From NCBI GenBank assembly GCA_010093995.1, contig ML992545.1, positions 1 through 37,666 of the forward strand: 37,666 nt of DNA, read 5' to 3'. Position 1 is the stretch's first letter. Each line of letters starts with the position of its first letter. The notes under the pieces are model-generated. The model saw nothing but the letters and a program-made list of their open reading frames with translations, was not told where the DNA came from and searched no databases. This document shows, piece after piece, positions 10,821 to 23,341 of the stretch. Source of the DNA: Elsinoe ampelina (Eukaryota). Both the position numbers and the translations under genes were made by a program.

Positions 10821-11835
10821 TTATGCCATCGCAGGCTTTGCCTCGGGTATCGTCAACACACGCATGATCCACTCATATACTGCCCATTGCACAGCATTCA
10901 CAATGAATGCTCTAGCGCTGCATACTCCTAGACCTCTAAAGAAAACACCTGCTCCTTCTTCTCTATACAATGTGCGTGCTAACTGTACAGCCCCATGCCG
11001 TACCTGGGGTCTCCGCAGCATTGATGTCGCCTCTGTGATGGGCGAAGTCGGAGACGGGGACAGCCCTTGAGTTTGTACCCTGGTTTTTATCACGTCTGTC
11101 AAGGTCAGCATGCATCTCCACGCACAAGCAAGGCGCTCAGCGCACTTACCAAGAGGAAAGATTGATGCCCACGTTACGACGCCTGCAATGCCTCCACATA
11201 GCAGCACCGACATCCACTCTGGGCTGTCCACATCGCGAGATTTCATGAATGCCCGCTTGCTCATCTCGTATGATACATAACTGTGAAGCATCAGCATCAT
11301 TCACATTGGTGACTCCTTCCGGTACTACTCACTAGAAGCCATAACCTACGCTGTCCCTGACACTGGTCACTCCACCTCCCCAGTACAATCCTCTCAGCCC
11401 ATCGGCCCGCCAGATCTCCTTTGCAGCAGTCCAGCTGGAAACATTCTGCTTGCTCACTTGCACCCGACACTTGATCAGTTCGGTCGGCGCGCTGACCACG
11501 AAAGTAGCCAGACCTGCCACCGCTCCAGCCAACCAAGTCTTTGCTAGAGAATGTGGATTCAGGGGGTCTTCATGCATGAGGTACATGGACCTGTTGTACG
11601 ACATGAAGAGTAATGCATTGAGAGCTCCATATCCCAGTACTGGAGCAGCAGAGCCCTTTACCAGTTCTCCAAACCTGGATGCGGATGGTGGAGGGGCAGC
11701 GAGGGCGACGGGACTAGCGGCTGGAAGGGATGGGGCTGTCCCTGCTTGTAATCGAGTTTTGATCAAGTCGAGAGGGTTGCCAATTATGATCCCTGCTGCT
11801 CCGGAGACATAGCCGGCCCAGAAATCGGCGCTCAT
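10821..11835 (-). CDS. Mitochondrial carrier (SLC25) protein, amino acid/carnitine carrier-like, ~302 aa
   Basis: Exons 11835-11333, 11280-11150 and 11095-10821. Three PxD/ExxKxRxQ signatures: NPLDLIKTRLQ, APTELIKCRVQ, FPLDVIKTRVQ. Confidence 0.92.
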
Positions 11836-12283
11836 TGCTGAAGGAGAAGAAGGGGAAGCGGCGGGGTGAAATCGACATGCAGGACCGAGGAGGATGTGCA
11901 CCAGCCACCTTGTGGCGCTCTCAAGCCACAGGAAACAGATGCTAGCTTTTGGACCCCTCCATGGCCTTCCCGAGATCTGGCCGGCTGCGGGAACCAAATC
12001 GATCTGGGACCTTGTGCGTCACTTTCGACACGGACACATTCGCCATCTCACATTGATTCTCGCAACTCACCCGCACACCTTGTCAGACTCGATATCACAC
12101 TGCTCGTTTGCCATGCATCAAGGCGTTTCTGTGTCTTTGGTCTCGCATTCTTCGTTTCAGAACATTCACGGATTGCCACCAGGCTCGATATGATCGCAAG
12201 GATTGACCATATATAAGTTACCTAAGCTTTCGCCCCCTCCCTAACGCATCATTAAGAGCATCACTCGACAGAACCATCCCCAA

Positions 12284-14239
12284 ATGGCTTCCGTAGCTTC
12301 GGATAAGCCGTGGGACTTTACGGCAGTCTACTCACTACTTAATACGCTGTCGGGAGACAACAGCCCTCACAAGGCTCTTGCGCCGACTAAACGCAACAAT
12401 GACTCCCAGGACAGGGAACCGAGCAAGGAACACACTAAGCAGAATACCATAAGCAACACCACAACTAGATCAAACCCCGCCAGTGGTCTAGGAGACTTCA
12501 GCCAGCTCTGGCAATTCTTGGGCACACCGCCCCCGACTCGAAAGAATGACCACCTGTCACCGAACTCGTCACCCACTCTCCATCATCGCATCCCAGTGAA
12601 GACGGAGTACACTAGTGACGGAGCAGCGTACAATGTACCGGCATCGGCAAAGAAGCTGCAGTGGAGAGACGAAGTGAACGATGGCACACTCACCGACGTG
12701 GCTCCTGCCATGAGCGATGGCGAGCCGAGCAAGCTGTCTAAGAAGCAGCGTAAGAAGCTCAACAGGAGAAAGAGGATGGAAGAAGCAGAAGACGCTCGCA
12801 GAGCTGTAAGCGATATGGAGTCAGAGGCCGAAATGCCCACTACTCCTCGCAATCCAGCTGCAAAGGCCAGCATACATACGGTTCCGACATCAGGAGTACA
12901 TAAATACAAGCTGCGAGCAAGAGACGAGAATGGGCGTGCTATCACGTCTCAATTATCACCAGGACAGAAGAAGACACCAAGCAAGCAGGACAGCGTCGTT
13001 GCTGTGCCTTTCTCGGAAACGACAAACATGCCGCACAAGGACGAGAGCAAGGCGAAAGAGGATGCACTTCGAGCACAAGTTGCCGAGGCAGGGCGTAAAG
13101 TCCTCGCTAGGTACAACTCTGAACCGCCAGAGTCGCAGCCTGCGCCATCAAAGGAGAAGGTCGTCAAGAAAGAGTGGCCGGTTTCGAAACCGTATGACGC
13201 GAAAGCTCTCTCGATGCTACCGGCATTTGTCCGTCCTAATCGCTCGCCGGCACCGATGACCGAAAAGTCGACAGAGGAATTGACCTCACAGTCCTCATCC
13301 CCACCGAAACAGCCTGAAATGGCCGTGACCACATGGACTACACCCTCGAAACCAAGCGCTCGCTTCTCCATACAACCCATCACTATCAGACCACCAGAAG
13401 AACGCCATTGGGCCCTCCTCCTCAAACTCATCAACCACTTCTGGGAAGACAAACGCTACCTAGTCGCCCCAGCCAACCTCTCCAACCACTCCTCCTCACC
13501 CACCGGAATCCACGTCTTCATCGACGCCTCCAACATTCTCATCGGCTTCCACGACGCCCTCAAGCGCGCCCGCGGCATCCCATCTCACGTCCGCGTCCCC
13601 CGCGTCGACATCAGCTTCGACTCCCTCGCCCTCCTCCTCGAACGCCGACGTCCCATCGCCAAACGCGTGCTGGCCGGCAGCACCCCTCACATCCCAGCCT
13701 TTGACATTGCCAAATCAATAGGCTACGAATGCTGCATCCTGGACAAAGTCTACAAAGCCCGCGAGTTGACCGACCGTCAACGCTTCTTCATGTCCCAAGA
13801 CGCCAAAGCCTCCCTCCGCCGATCACAGCGCCGCAGGTCCAATCCCGGCAACGACAGCGAAGGCTACGCCAGCGCGGGCTCCACCTCGTCGACCGACGCG
13901 CCCAACGCACTCGCGGATATCCCCACCCACGCTCCGGAAAAGTTCGTCGAGCAAGGCGTGGATGAGATCCTGCACCTGAAAATACTGGAATCGATCGTGG
14001 ACGCGGACGAACCGACGACCATTGTGCTGGCGACGGGCGACGCGGCGCAGGCGGAGTACAGCGGGGGGTTCATGAAGATGGTGGAGCGGGCGTTGGAGAA
14101 GGGGTGGAGGGTGGAGTTGGTCAGTTGGCGGGCGGGGGTCAGTAAGTTGTATTTGAAACGGGGGTTTAGGGAGAGGTGGGGGGAGAGGTTTAGGGTTGTG
14201 GAGCTGGATGGGTGGGTCGAGGAGATGTTGGAGATGTAG
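12284..14239 (+). CDS. Protein with disordered N-terminus and C-terminal NYN/PIN-like (LabA-type) nuclease domain, 651 aa
   Basis: Single-exon ORF. Acidic PIN/NYN motifs IHVFIDASNI, EQGVDEIL and VLATGDA...SGGF...GWRVELVSW. Confidence 0.75.
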   Translation: MASVASDKPWDFTAVYSLLNTLSGDNSPHKALAPTKRNNDSQDREPSKEHTKQNTISNTTTRSNPASGLGDFSQLWQFLGTPPPTRKNDHLSPNSSPTLHHRIPVKTEYTSDGAAYNVPASAKKLQWRDEVNDGTLTDVAPAMSDGEPSKLSKKQRKKLNRRKRMEEAEDARRAVSDMESEAEMPTTPRNPAAKASIHTVPTSGVHKYKLRARDENGRAITSQLSPGQKKTPSKQDSVVAVPFSETTNMPHKDESKAKEDALRAQVAEAGRKVLARYNSEPPESQPAPSKEKVVKKEWPVSKPYDAKALSMLPAFVRPNRSPAPMTEKSTEELTSQSSSPPKQPEMAVTTWTTPSKPSARFSIQPITIRPPEERHWALLLKLINHFWEDKRYLVAPANLSNHSSSPTGIHVFIDASNILIGFHDALKRARGIPSHVRVPRVDISFDSLALLLERRRPIAKRVLAGSTPHIPAFDIAKSIGYECCILDKVYKARELTDRQRFFMSQDAKASLRRSQRRRSNPGNDSEGYASAGSTSSTDAPNALADIPTHAPEKFVEQGVDEILHLKILESIVDADEPTTIVLATGDAAQAEYSGGFMKMVERALEKGWRVELVSWRAGVSKLYLKRGFRERWGERFRVVELDGWVEEMLEM

Positions 14240-14611
14240 ACTGGATCAGACTTGTCGTGAGGATGGCGGTTTGATCAGAGATGAGATCATGGATGGATGG
14301 AATGGATGACGAGCGTGATGGCAATGATGATGTTGTTGGTGCCGATGTGATTGTGTTGGAAAGTGCGGGTGGGTGTGGACAACAGGGCGTGGTGGGATGT
14401 CTATGCTGTCTTTCTTGGGGTGCTAGGTCTACTGAAGCATGTCCTTGTGTCCCTCTGCCTGCACCTCGACTTGCTGCGCCGTGGCTTTTGGGACGAGCAG
14501 TGTATGACAGTTCGTCTCGCAGACCGACTCCATGCAGCTGTTCTTGTATCCTTCTTCCCTGCTTTTCTGGACCTTTGCCCTTGCCTGCCTCACGGAATAA
14601 CACCTACTACC

Positions 14612-15535
14612 TCACACAATCGTCTCCAGCTTCCTCGCGTACCCAAGCGCATTCTCAATCACCGTTCCGCTGGCGGCCAAAACATCCTTGTCCCCACTCT
14701 GTCCCGCCTGCTCCTCTTGCGTTGGGAAATAAATCCTGCCTTCCTGCGCGACCCAACCTCTTGATCGTGCGAACTCGATGACTGCGCCCTCGGAATCAAG
14801 GAAGAGGAGATTCTTGGCGTTGCTGATCGGGAGAGAAGGGTAAGCTCGTTCACTGCACGAGGCGATCTCTGCGCGGATGGTGGAAATGAGGACCTGCGAA
14901 TTAGTCAGTCAGGGTCATGATACCAGCAGTCATAAATGCTGAAGGGAGATACACACCTCCGTAAACACCGCAAACTCCTCCCCGGGCACCCTCTCCCCCT
15001 TGGTCTCCCCCCACACCCGATCATAACTCCCCTCCATCAAAGCCTGCTCCAACCGCATCGGGTACGCGATGAACTCATCCTCCTCCAACTTCCCCTTCCC
15101 TCCGTCCGCGCTCTCCAACCGCTCAATCTCCGTGTGAAAACCCGCGTAGTCACCCTGGCTCAGCAGTAGCAGGAGGTAGAGGCCAGTGACTTTACTCTGG
15201 TTCCCCTTGGTCGCGGCAGGGGCGGCGCCGGAGCGAGTGGCGCGCTGCCCGGCGGACCACCGCTCCGGGGGCAGTGCGTAGAAGGATTGTAGTTGTTGGA
15301 AGTAGCGGGTGAAGGCTTCGGGGTCTTTGAGGCGGATGGAGAGGAGGGCGCCGGTTTCGAGGACGTCGCGGGCGAGGAGCAGGTGGGGGGTCGGGGTGGA
15401 GGGGAGGGGGACCAGGGCGTTGAGTTTGAGGAGCGAGATTTTTGCTTTGGAGAGGAGTTGGGGGGCGGATTGGAGGTGGGAGGAGGAGAGGGATTGCAGT
15501 TGGCTGAGGAGGGTGGTGAGGTCGCGTTCGGCCAT
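14612..15535 (-). CDS. RPN12: 26S proteasome lid subunit Rpn12 (PSMD8), ~286 aa
   Basis: Exons 15535-14957 and 14893-14612. Motifs LARDVLETGALLSI, GLYLLLLLSQG, LEQALMEGSYDRVW, TIRAEIASCSERAYPSLP and the C-terminal ALGYARKLETIV*. Confidence 0.93.
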
Positions 15536-16459
15536 GGTGGGGAGGTGGGTGGGGTGGTCAATCAGGTTGTGGTGATGATTGGGTGTTGTGCGAGATGATG
15601 AGAAGGTGAGAGCTGTGATGCGATGGGTGGATGAAGTGTTGTGTTGGGTGATGAATTTGGTGAAGCTGTTCTTTGATGCAGACGGGAGCTGTTGGTCGAT
15701 GAGATCTTGGGTCCGACGCGAGTCATGTGCGCAACTGTGGCTGTCCCGAGGCGGCGCTCCAATCTCTAAACAGCGACGAAAAAGTGCCGGCAATATTAAT
15801 CCTCAATCTCCAACGAATGGGATATCACAATGTCGAAATTGATAGTCAAAGGTCAAGCAATGTAGTCCATTCAGCCCAAGCATGATAATATCATATTGCC
15901 ATGAAAGCATATGCCGGTAGACAAATGGGGTACTTCCGTTAGCATACACCTGTCGCACGGCAATATATTACAAGGTTCAAGGTTGTCTGGCTGGAGCCAA
16001 TCGACCGCCATGAAGCCAAAAACGGGAACAGGAACTTGATAATAATAATCATAATGGTTGCGCCGGTTGGCTTTTTGCCGACGACGTACTCGTACCGCAA
16101 CGCAAACGTCTTTAGTGCCGCTTGATCTCTTTTCTTGAGAGTCTGCTCGTCCTTGGCGATCCATCGACCACAGAAACCCTGGCTCCCAAAGGGTTGACCT
16201 GCTTTTGCTTCCCGTCACCGAGCTCGCTTCTCGCTCCAATTGATCTCCATCACGTCGCCATCCTTCGTTTGCCCTCAGACCCCCGGTCTCCAGCATGATT
16301 CGAGTCGACGTCCTGCACGACATTTTCTGACTTTTTGCACGCCACGTCCTTCTCCTTCCCCGGCAATGCGATAGAATTGGGTGGATCTTGTCGTTTCTTG
16401 CTCATTTGCAACCTCTGATCTCCGGTCCCGCAGTTCTGGGATCATTTCAACCTCCGATC

Positions 16460-18822
16460 ATGGACATCAACAGCGTGTCTCCCCGAGCCATCGCCGACGC
16501 GCCCCCAAAGCAGGAAGTCGATGATTTCTTGCGCAGGAAACGAAAGGTCCGTGAGCACAAGGCATGCTATCCCTGCAGGCAGCGCAAAGTGAGGTGCGAC
16601 TTGGCCCGTCCATGCAAGACTTGTGTTGAGCGCGAGCACCCAGAGCTATGTGACTACCACCCACCTGCGAAGAGGCAAGCCATCGGTCTGCCTCATCCTG
16701 GTATCGACCATCATGATGACGGCGCTTCAAGCTACCAAGGCGGTGGCGGCACTGTCACCATATCCCAGATTGACTTTGCCCATCTGTGTCGCAAGCTTGA
16801 ATCTGTCGAGTCTACCATCGAAGAGCTTCGTAGAGAGCTCCGCTACTCGAATGCTCTATCTAATTCGAAGACCCCAAATCTATCCGGCCCACCAACGCCA
16901 CTGGTCAATGGAAGGACGCTTGATGGTCAGAGGACAGACCTACCTCTCAACAGCACAGCACTACCAGCCTTTCACACCAAGAATGCTCTCACTGGACAGA
17001 TGGTGCATCTCGGAGGGTCGTCGGTCCCCGCGCTGGTCATGGCTCTAGGTCAAGGGAATCGCGAACAACCAGAATTGCAAGATGTACTCGGAAAATCAAT
17101 CCTACCTCTTTTCGGACTCGACAATGAAACCGCCACCTATCCTTTTGTCGATCTTTGGGGACTGGCCAATGGTTGGACTGCCAAAGCTGAACAGTTGGCA
17201 AAGACCATTCCTTCAGACAACCAGTGTTTGAGTTTCTTCCACTACTACCGCGATCTCGGCCATGTCATTTTTGCCGGCGTCGCCGACATTGCCGGATTTG
17301 AGCAGGATCTCACTTCATTCTTGATGACCAGAGCTAGGTATGCAGAGCTCGATCAGAGAAATGATGGGAGTCTACCACCTGGAGTTACTGAGCAGAGTCT
17401 GTACGATAAAGATCTCAACTGGATAGGCCTGCTCTTCGCTGTGTTGGCATCTGGATGTCAGTGCTCGAATCTGCCCAGGAAAGAGCGGGAATTGACATCG
17501 CAGGTCTATGGTAAGCGCTCTACACGTGTTGAACGATGTATGCTAACAGTCGTCCAGTCTGTTGCAGCTTCGAATGTCTTCGCTTCACAAACTTCTTGTC
17601 AGTGCCGACGCTCGAAAGCATTCAAGCACTCCTCGTGCTCGGCAACGTCATCTCAAACAACATGAATGCAGGTACATCTTGGAATTTGATCGGTCTCACA
17701 GCACGATTGGCCCAATCATTAGGTCTGCACCAAGAGTGTCCCACAGACATGCATCCAAATCTGAAAGCACAACGCAACAAAATCTGGTGGACTCTGATGT
17801 GGCAAGACTCTTTACTGTCCATCACATACGACCGAGCATCCTTCTCAGCTTTGGTTGATCACTCACCCATGGCCGACCCTCGCAATCACATCAACATCTC
17901 ACCATTCCACAGCGCCATTCTACGAGTCTCAAAAGTAGCGCTCGACGTCGTTAGAGACCGCACCAAGCCCATGACCGCTCGAGAACTCTTCAACCGCATC
18001 ACACGCAGCCGCGACGAGATCAACAACCTCCTCCGCGACTGCGCCGAATTCCTCCGCGACTCCCGCAAATGTCGTTCCCTCCGCGAATCGATCGAACACT
18101 GGTGTCTCTACCTCCACGTCTCCTACGTCATGTCCGAACTCTGCCGCCCCGCCATCTCCCCCTCCACCTCGGACCCCGAACTCGCCCGGGCCTTCCGCCA
18201 AACCTGCCTCGACTCGCTCATCAACACCGTCGAAGCCTGGCTCGGCCTGCAAAACATCACCGCCTACGCCCGCCAATCCTGGGCCTCTGTCCACCGCGCC
18301 CTCTCCTCCGCCCTCCTCCTCGGCATCATGCGCGAACACGCCCACAACGAACGCTGCCGCAAACTCCTCGGCCGCTTCATCGGCCTGATGGGCGACATGA
18401 CCTCGGGCGTCAACCCTGCCGAGCTCGCAGCCCCCATGACGCGCGCCATCGAAGCCCTCCGCAAACTCCGCATCCACGAAACGCCGACCGAGGCGCACGC
18501 CACGCCCCATTTTCCCCCGGGCCATATGCCGCAGAGCGCGTACCCGCTCGCTCACACGCATCAGCTGTATCCCCAGCAGCATAATCAGCCGCCGCCGAGG
18601 TTCATCGAGGATATTGCGCTGGGGAGCGGGCCGAGTCCGCGGACGGACACGAGTAGTCCGTCGGTCAGACATGGGGAGTTGGGGGGCGGAGGGGGGAGTT
18701 GGCCGGGTAGTGCGGCGAGTCGGGTCGCGAGTGCGCATAGTAGTTCGGATGAGCAGAGTCCGTATAGTGTTTTGAACAGTATCCTGTGGGGGAGTGGGAG
18801 GATGCCGGGGGCTATTGGGTAG
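16460..18822 (+). CDS. Zn(II)2Cys6 fungal transcription factor with middle homology region, ~771 aa
   Basis: ACYPCRQRKVRCDLARPCKTCVEREHPELCDY cluster. Intron 17511-17557 (GTAAGC...CTAAC...CAG) joins the two long ORFs. RLAQSLGLH...RNKIWWTLMWQDS marks the fungal TF domain. Confidence 0.92.
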
Positions 18823-19212
18823 GACAGGGGATGAGGGGAGTCGGGGCGGAAGGGGCTTGGGATGGGATCGTTAGAAGGGTATGATAGATGGGAGCAGGGT
18901 GGGGAAGCACAGCTGGTGGCTGATCTGGTATTGTTACGAGCGAAAAGGCGGAGCTGGTTGGATTACGACAGACTCTTCTCGGTATAGCTTCTGCCTTGGG
19001 GTCGAAAGTTGGTGGCCGTATATTCTTCACATCCACATTCTTGTCCATCGAACAACCAGAGACCCTGTTGATCAACGTGACAAGTCCAATCTACCACCCT
19101 GAGAAAAAGTACGAGACACGATTGATAATAACATGGTGTGAACGAGGCTGATCATTATCTGGCGGTATTCTGATCTTGACTAATGACTTTTCCCTTCCCT
19201 TTCACTCTCCCT

Positions 19213-19792
<580 letters not shown>

Positions 19793-20423
19793 CTAGACAA
19801 TGATGTCTTCCTCAGTCGCGATGGGAGGAGAAATAGAGGTTGGCGGTGGGTGAGGACAAATTTGAGCGTGGGTCGATGAGTAAGCAGAAGTTTCTTCTTG
19901 GCGGCTCCGGATGTGGGCTGGCTCAAAATGCTGGCTCAAAAATGTGGCTTGCTCCTAGCTCCGAACTGCCGATTGCCGATTGCTAGGGCGACCATTCTGA
20001 CGTCCCGAGTGTTGATCTGAAAGCTCACCTCGACCCCAAGTGGTCCCCGACTCGTTTTCCACATACCTCACCATCCATACCAGAATATACATCTGTTACA
20101 GAACAAACCCCGAATCGAGAGAGAACCAGTCTATACCAGTCCAGGCGAATAGCCTGCTTGTAACACTACCCAAACCTCAATAGGCCGAGAGGCCAACCTT
20201 TCCCACGTGGAAACTTCACATCAGTCAGTGACTGAGTGAACTTCACATACCACACCGCCCGGCGGCCCCGGCTTGCACTGCGTGAGGTACGTATGACAAT
20301 AGGAGCCTGGTCGACAATAGGGACAATATCTGACATTGAGGCGCAGTTTCGGACACACATCTAGGTATTCACTTACACTGGATTTCGACAAATTCTTCCG
20401 GACTCTTTATCCCTGCACATACT

Positions 20424-22490
20424 ATGCTGTCCAACAGCTCTTCTAGCATACAACGACGACGACGACAACACAGACGACAAAACTCGCTAGAAGCGCCATT
20501 ACTGGTAACTCAAATCCCTGGAACTGTTCCTCAACAACGACCGACACACCGACGAGGACAATCACTGGACCAACACCACTCGACACTGTCTCCAAGCTTT
20601 GGAAGACTTTCGACCCAGGATCAACCATCACCAAAGGACACTAACATAGGACAATACCCACAGCATACAATGCAAGGAACGCAGCAGCACTGCACAGCCC
20701 AGCCGGGCCTCCAACATCGACACCACCCTCAACAACAACAAATGGACCCAAGGATGCACGCTCACATGCTACAGATGATGCAGGAGCAAGCGTCACGACA
20801 AAATATCGCACCACCAGAGCAAGCGATCAGAAATATTCAAGATCAGATCAAGTCGTTTTATGATCATTACCCACAATACATCAACACCTCTCCTCAAGGG
20901 GCATCCCCCAACCTTGAGGTTCCAATGAATGCGAGTCCAATGATGCAAGCTACTACGCCTGTACTCATGCAAGGATCTCCAGCAAATGGATTTCTACCAT
21001 CTCCTCCGCCGACACAGAAGACTGGTGGTCGTTTCGTCCGCCATATGGATGCTGCACCAATGCCAATCAACCTCGCCAACGTCCCCATGGTACACATCCA
21101 GCAACCCCAGACACACGATATGCCTCTCTTCGAGCAATCGTTTGGTAGCGACTACTCTTCTTACCAGTCATCGATGGTCGACCCAATGTCACCGCACATG
21201 TCACCAGCCAAGCAAGCATCATTACGTGCCATGAGCATGCCAACCCTTTTCGAAGATGGTGGCATGATGTCTTCACCAGAAATGATGGCACAACAACAGA
21301 TGATGCTAGCCGCTCAAGAAGGCCGCTTCTTCTACCCGGACTCACCAATCCGTATCCCCATGTCACCTCGGGAGGCCATGCTCGCCAGCCTTGAAGTCGA
21401 CGCAACCATCGAAGACACCGGAATCAGCGCCGAAGAAGTTGCTGCCTACATCTCTCCTCAAGACGCCTCGGACAGCAAATGGACCTGCATGTTCCCAGAC
21501 TGCGGCAAGAAGTTCGGCCGCAAGGAGAACATCCGCTCGCACGTGCAGACCCATCTTGGTGATCGCCAATTCAAATGCAACCACTGCGGCAAGTGCTTCG
21601 TCCGCCAGCACGACCTCAAGCGCCACGCAAAGATCCACTCAGGAGACAAGCCCCACAAATGCCCTTGCGGCAACGGCTTCGCCCGTCAAGACGCCCTGAC
21701 CCGCCACCGCCAGCGCGGCGTCTGCACCGGTGCCCTGCCCGGCTTCGAACGCAGAGAAGTCAAGCGTGGCCGTCCCCGCAAGAACCGCCCTGAGCTCGGC
21801 GACCGCACGGACAAAGCCTCCAAGGCCCGCGCCCTTGACGCCCTCCACGGCTCCGACTCGGCCTCAGTAGGAGCCTACTCTCCGGACTCCTCCAGCCACT
21901 CGTCCCCCGACTCCTCCTCCTCCAACCCCTTCACCCCGCCCCACATAGCCGACTACATCGACGAACCCTTCACCCTATCTACTCCCGAGGGCGTCGAAGC
22001 CTTCATCAAAGCCTACAAAGACACCCCTCCCACCTCCCCCGCGACCGCTTCCCCTTCCCGCCAACATGCCATCGACATCTCCGCCCCCTCTTCGCCCGCC
22101 GCCATACCCGGCGCTGCAGATGAGACATTCGACTTCTCCGCCCCGCTCACCTCTCTCGCACAACCAGTCCTCTCCCGCCCCACCTCCCAAGGTCGCAGCC
22201 AAGCCGAGTCCTCGGATGCCTACCTCGAGTCATCGGGAAGCTTCGACTGGGCCGCTATTGACGCCCAGCCGAGTCTTGTCAATGATCCGTTTTCTCCGGT
22301 CGGGGTAGCCAGTCCTGCCGGCACGGACCTGTGGGGCGGCGAGGAGGATGTGTTTGGGATTGGGAAGGTGGGGGGGAATGAGGGCTTATTCGGGGGAAGG
22401 GTCGGGGTTGTAGGGATGCAGGAGGAGGGGATGGGGATGGGGATGGAGGTGGATATGGGGTGGGAGGGGGAGATTAGTTGGTTGAATTAG
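20424..22490 (+). CDS. ACE2: Ace2/Swi5-family C2H2 transcription factor, 688 aa
   Basis: Zinc fingers CMFPDCGKKFGRKENIRSHVQTH, CNHCGKCFVRQHDLKRHAKIH and CPCGNGFARQDALTRHRQRGVC. N-terminal HRRQNS and HRRGQS match the Cbk1/NDR kinase consensus HxRxxS. Confidence 0.88.
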   Translation: MLSNSSSSIQRRRRQHRRQNSLEAPLLVTQIPGTVPQQRPTHRRGQSLDQHHSTLSPSFGRLSTQDQPSPKDTNIGQYPQHTMQGTQQHCTAQPGLQHRHHPQQQQMDPRMHAHMLQMMQEQASRQNIAPPEQAIRNIQDQIKSFYDHYPQYINTSPQGASPNLEVPMNASPMMQATTPVLMQGSPANGFLPSPPPTQKTGGRFVRHMDAAPMPINLANVPMVHIQQPQTHDMPLFEQSFGSDYSSYQSSMVDPMSPHMSPAKQASLRAMSMPTLFEDGGMMSSPEMMAQQQMMLAAQEGRFFYPDSPIRIPMSPREAMLASLEVDATIEDTGISAEEVAAYISPQDASDSKWTCMFPDCGKKFGRKENIRSHVQTHLGDRQFKCNHCGKCFVRQHDLKRHAKIHSGDKPHKCPCGNGFARQDALTRHRQRGVCTGALPGFERREVKRGRPRKNRPELGDRTDKASKARALDALHGSDSASVGAYSPDSSSHSSPDSSSSNPFTPPHIADYIDEPFTLSTPEGVEAFIKAYKDTPPTSPATASPSRQHAIDISAPSSPAAIPGAADETFDFSAPLTSLAQPVLSRPTSQGRSQAESSDAYLESSGSFDWAAIDAQPSLVNDPFSPVGVASPAGTDLWGGEEDVFGIGKVGGNEGLFGGRVGVVGMQEEGMGMGMEVDMGWEGEISWLN

Positions 22491-23341
22491 AGAGGCAAGA
22501 GGAGATGGAGGAGATTCAAGGAGAATGAAGGAGAGATGGAAGGGTAATGACAACGACACCGAACGACTGACGACTATTGATTCTGTTTTTTGCGACTTGC
22601 TTCTGAGATGCTGATGCGGTAGAAGAACGACTCACGCTCTCTTGTCGATGACGACGGATGATGCTCCTGCTTCACTGAGGAGGCATGTGGGTTGTGTATG
22701 GCGTTTAGGGAGTTATGGATTTGCTTGTATTTAGTTTGAACCCGCTTGGGGATGACGGTCTTTACTGCTTCTGATTGTGGAGGGAGAGGGGAGGAGGTAG
22801 AGGGTAGGAACGAGGAAGGGTCTATGGTAGGGGAGATGGAGTGGAGGCGTAGTAGTGAAGGAGATGGCGAGGGGCGTTAGGGAAAGAAATAGGGGATGGG
22901 ATCGGATAGTGAAGTGAAGGCATTGGGAGAGGGGAAGGAGGGAGGGGTGGGATGATGGCTATGAAGAGCAGAGGGACGCAAAGAGTACGCTTTCGTAAAT
23001 AGTGCTGCTGGTTCGGCTGTCCTCTGGCGTGAGGGGTGGGGGGAGTGAGAGACGCTGGACGTGGACAGTTGGATTTTGCCTAGGGATCTTTGGAATTTAC
23101 CGTGCTTCTTCGTGCTTGTCTTCCTGTCGTGACTCGATTGGGTGGTTGTAAACATAATGCCCGCCATGTACGAAGCTTGTCTACTGCGCTCGTCCAAAGG
23201 AGGGACAATTGCAAGGTGGTGTATGTTTCCATGTCAGTACAACAGATGGACAACAGGTTGCACAAGTAAGCACGACACTCATCAATCGTCCATTCATCAC
23301 CACAAAAGAACCCAAAGCGTCCCACCCTCCCACTACCCTCA

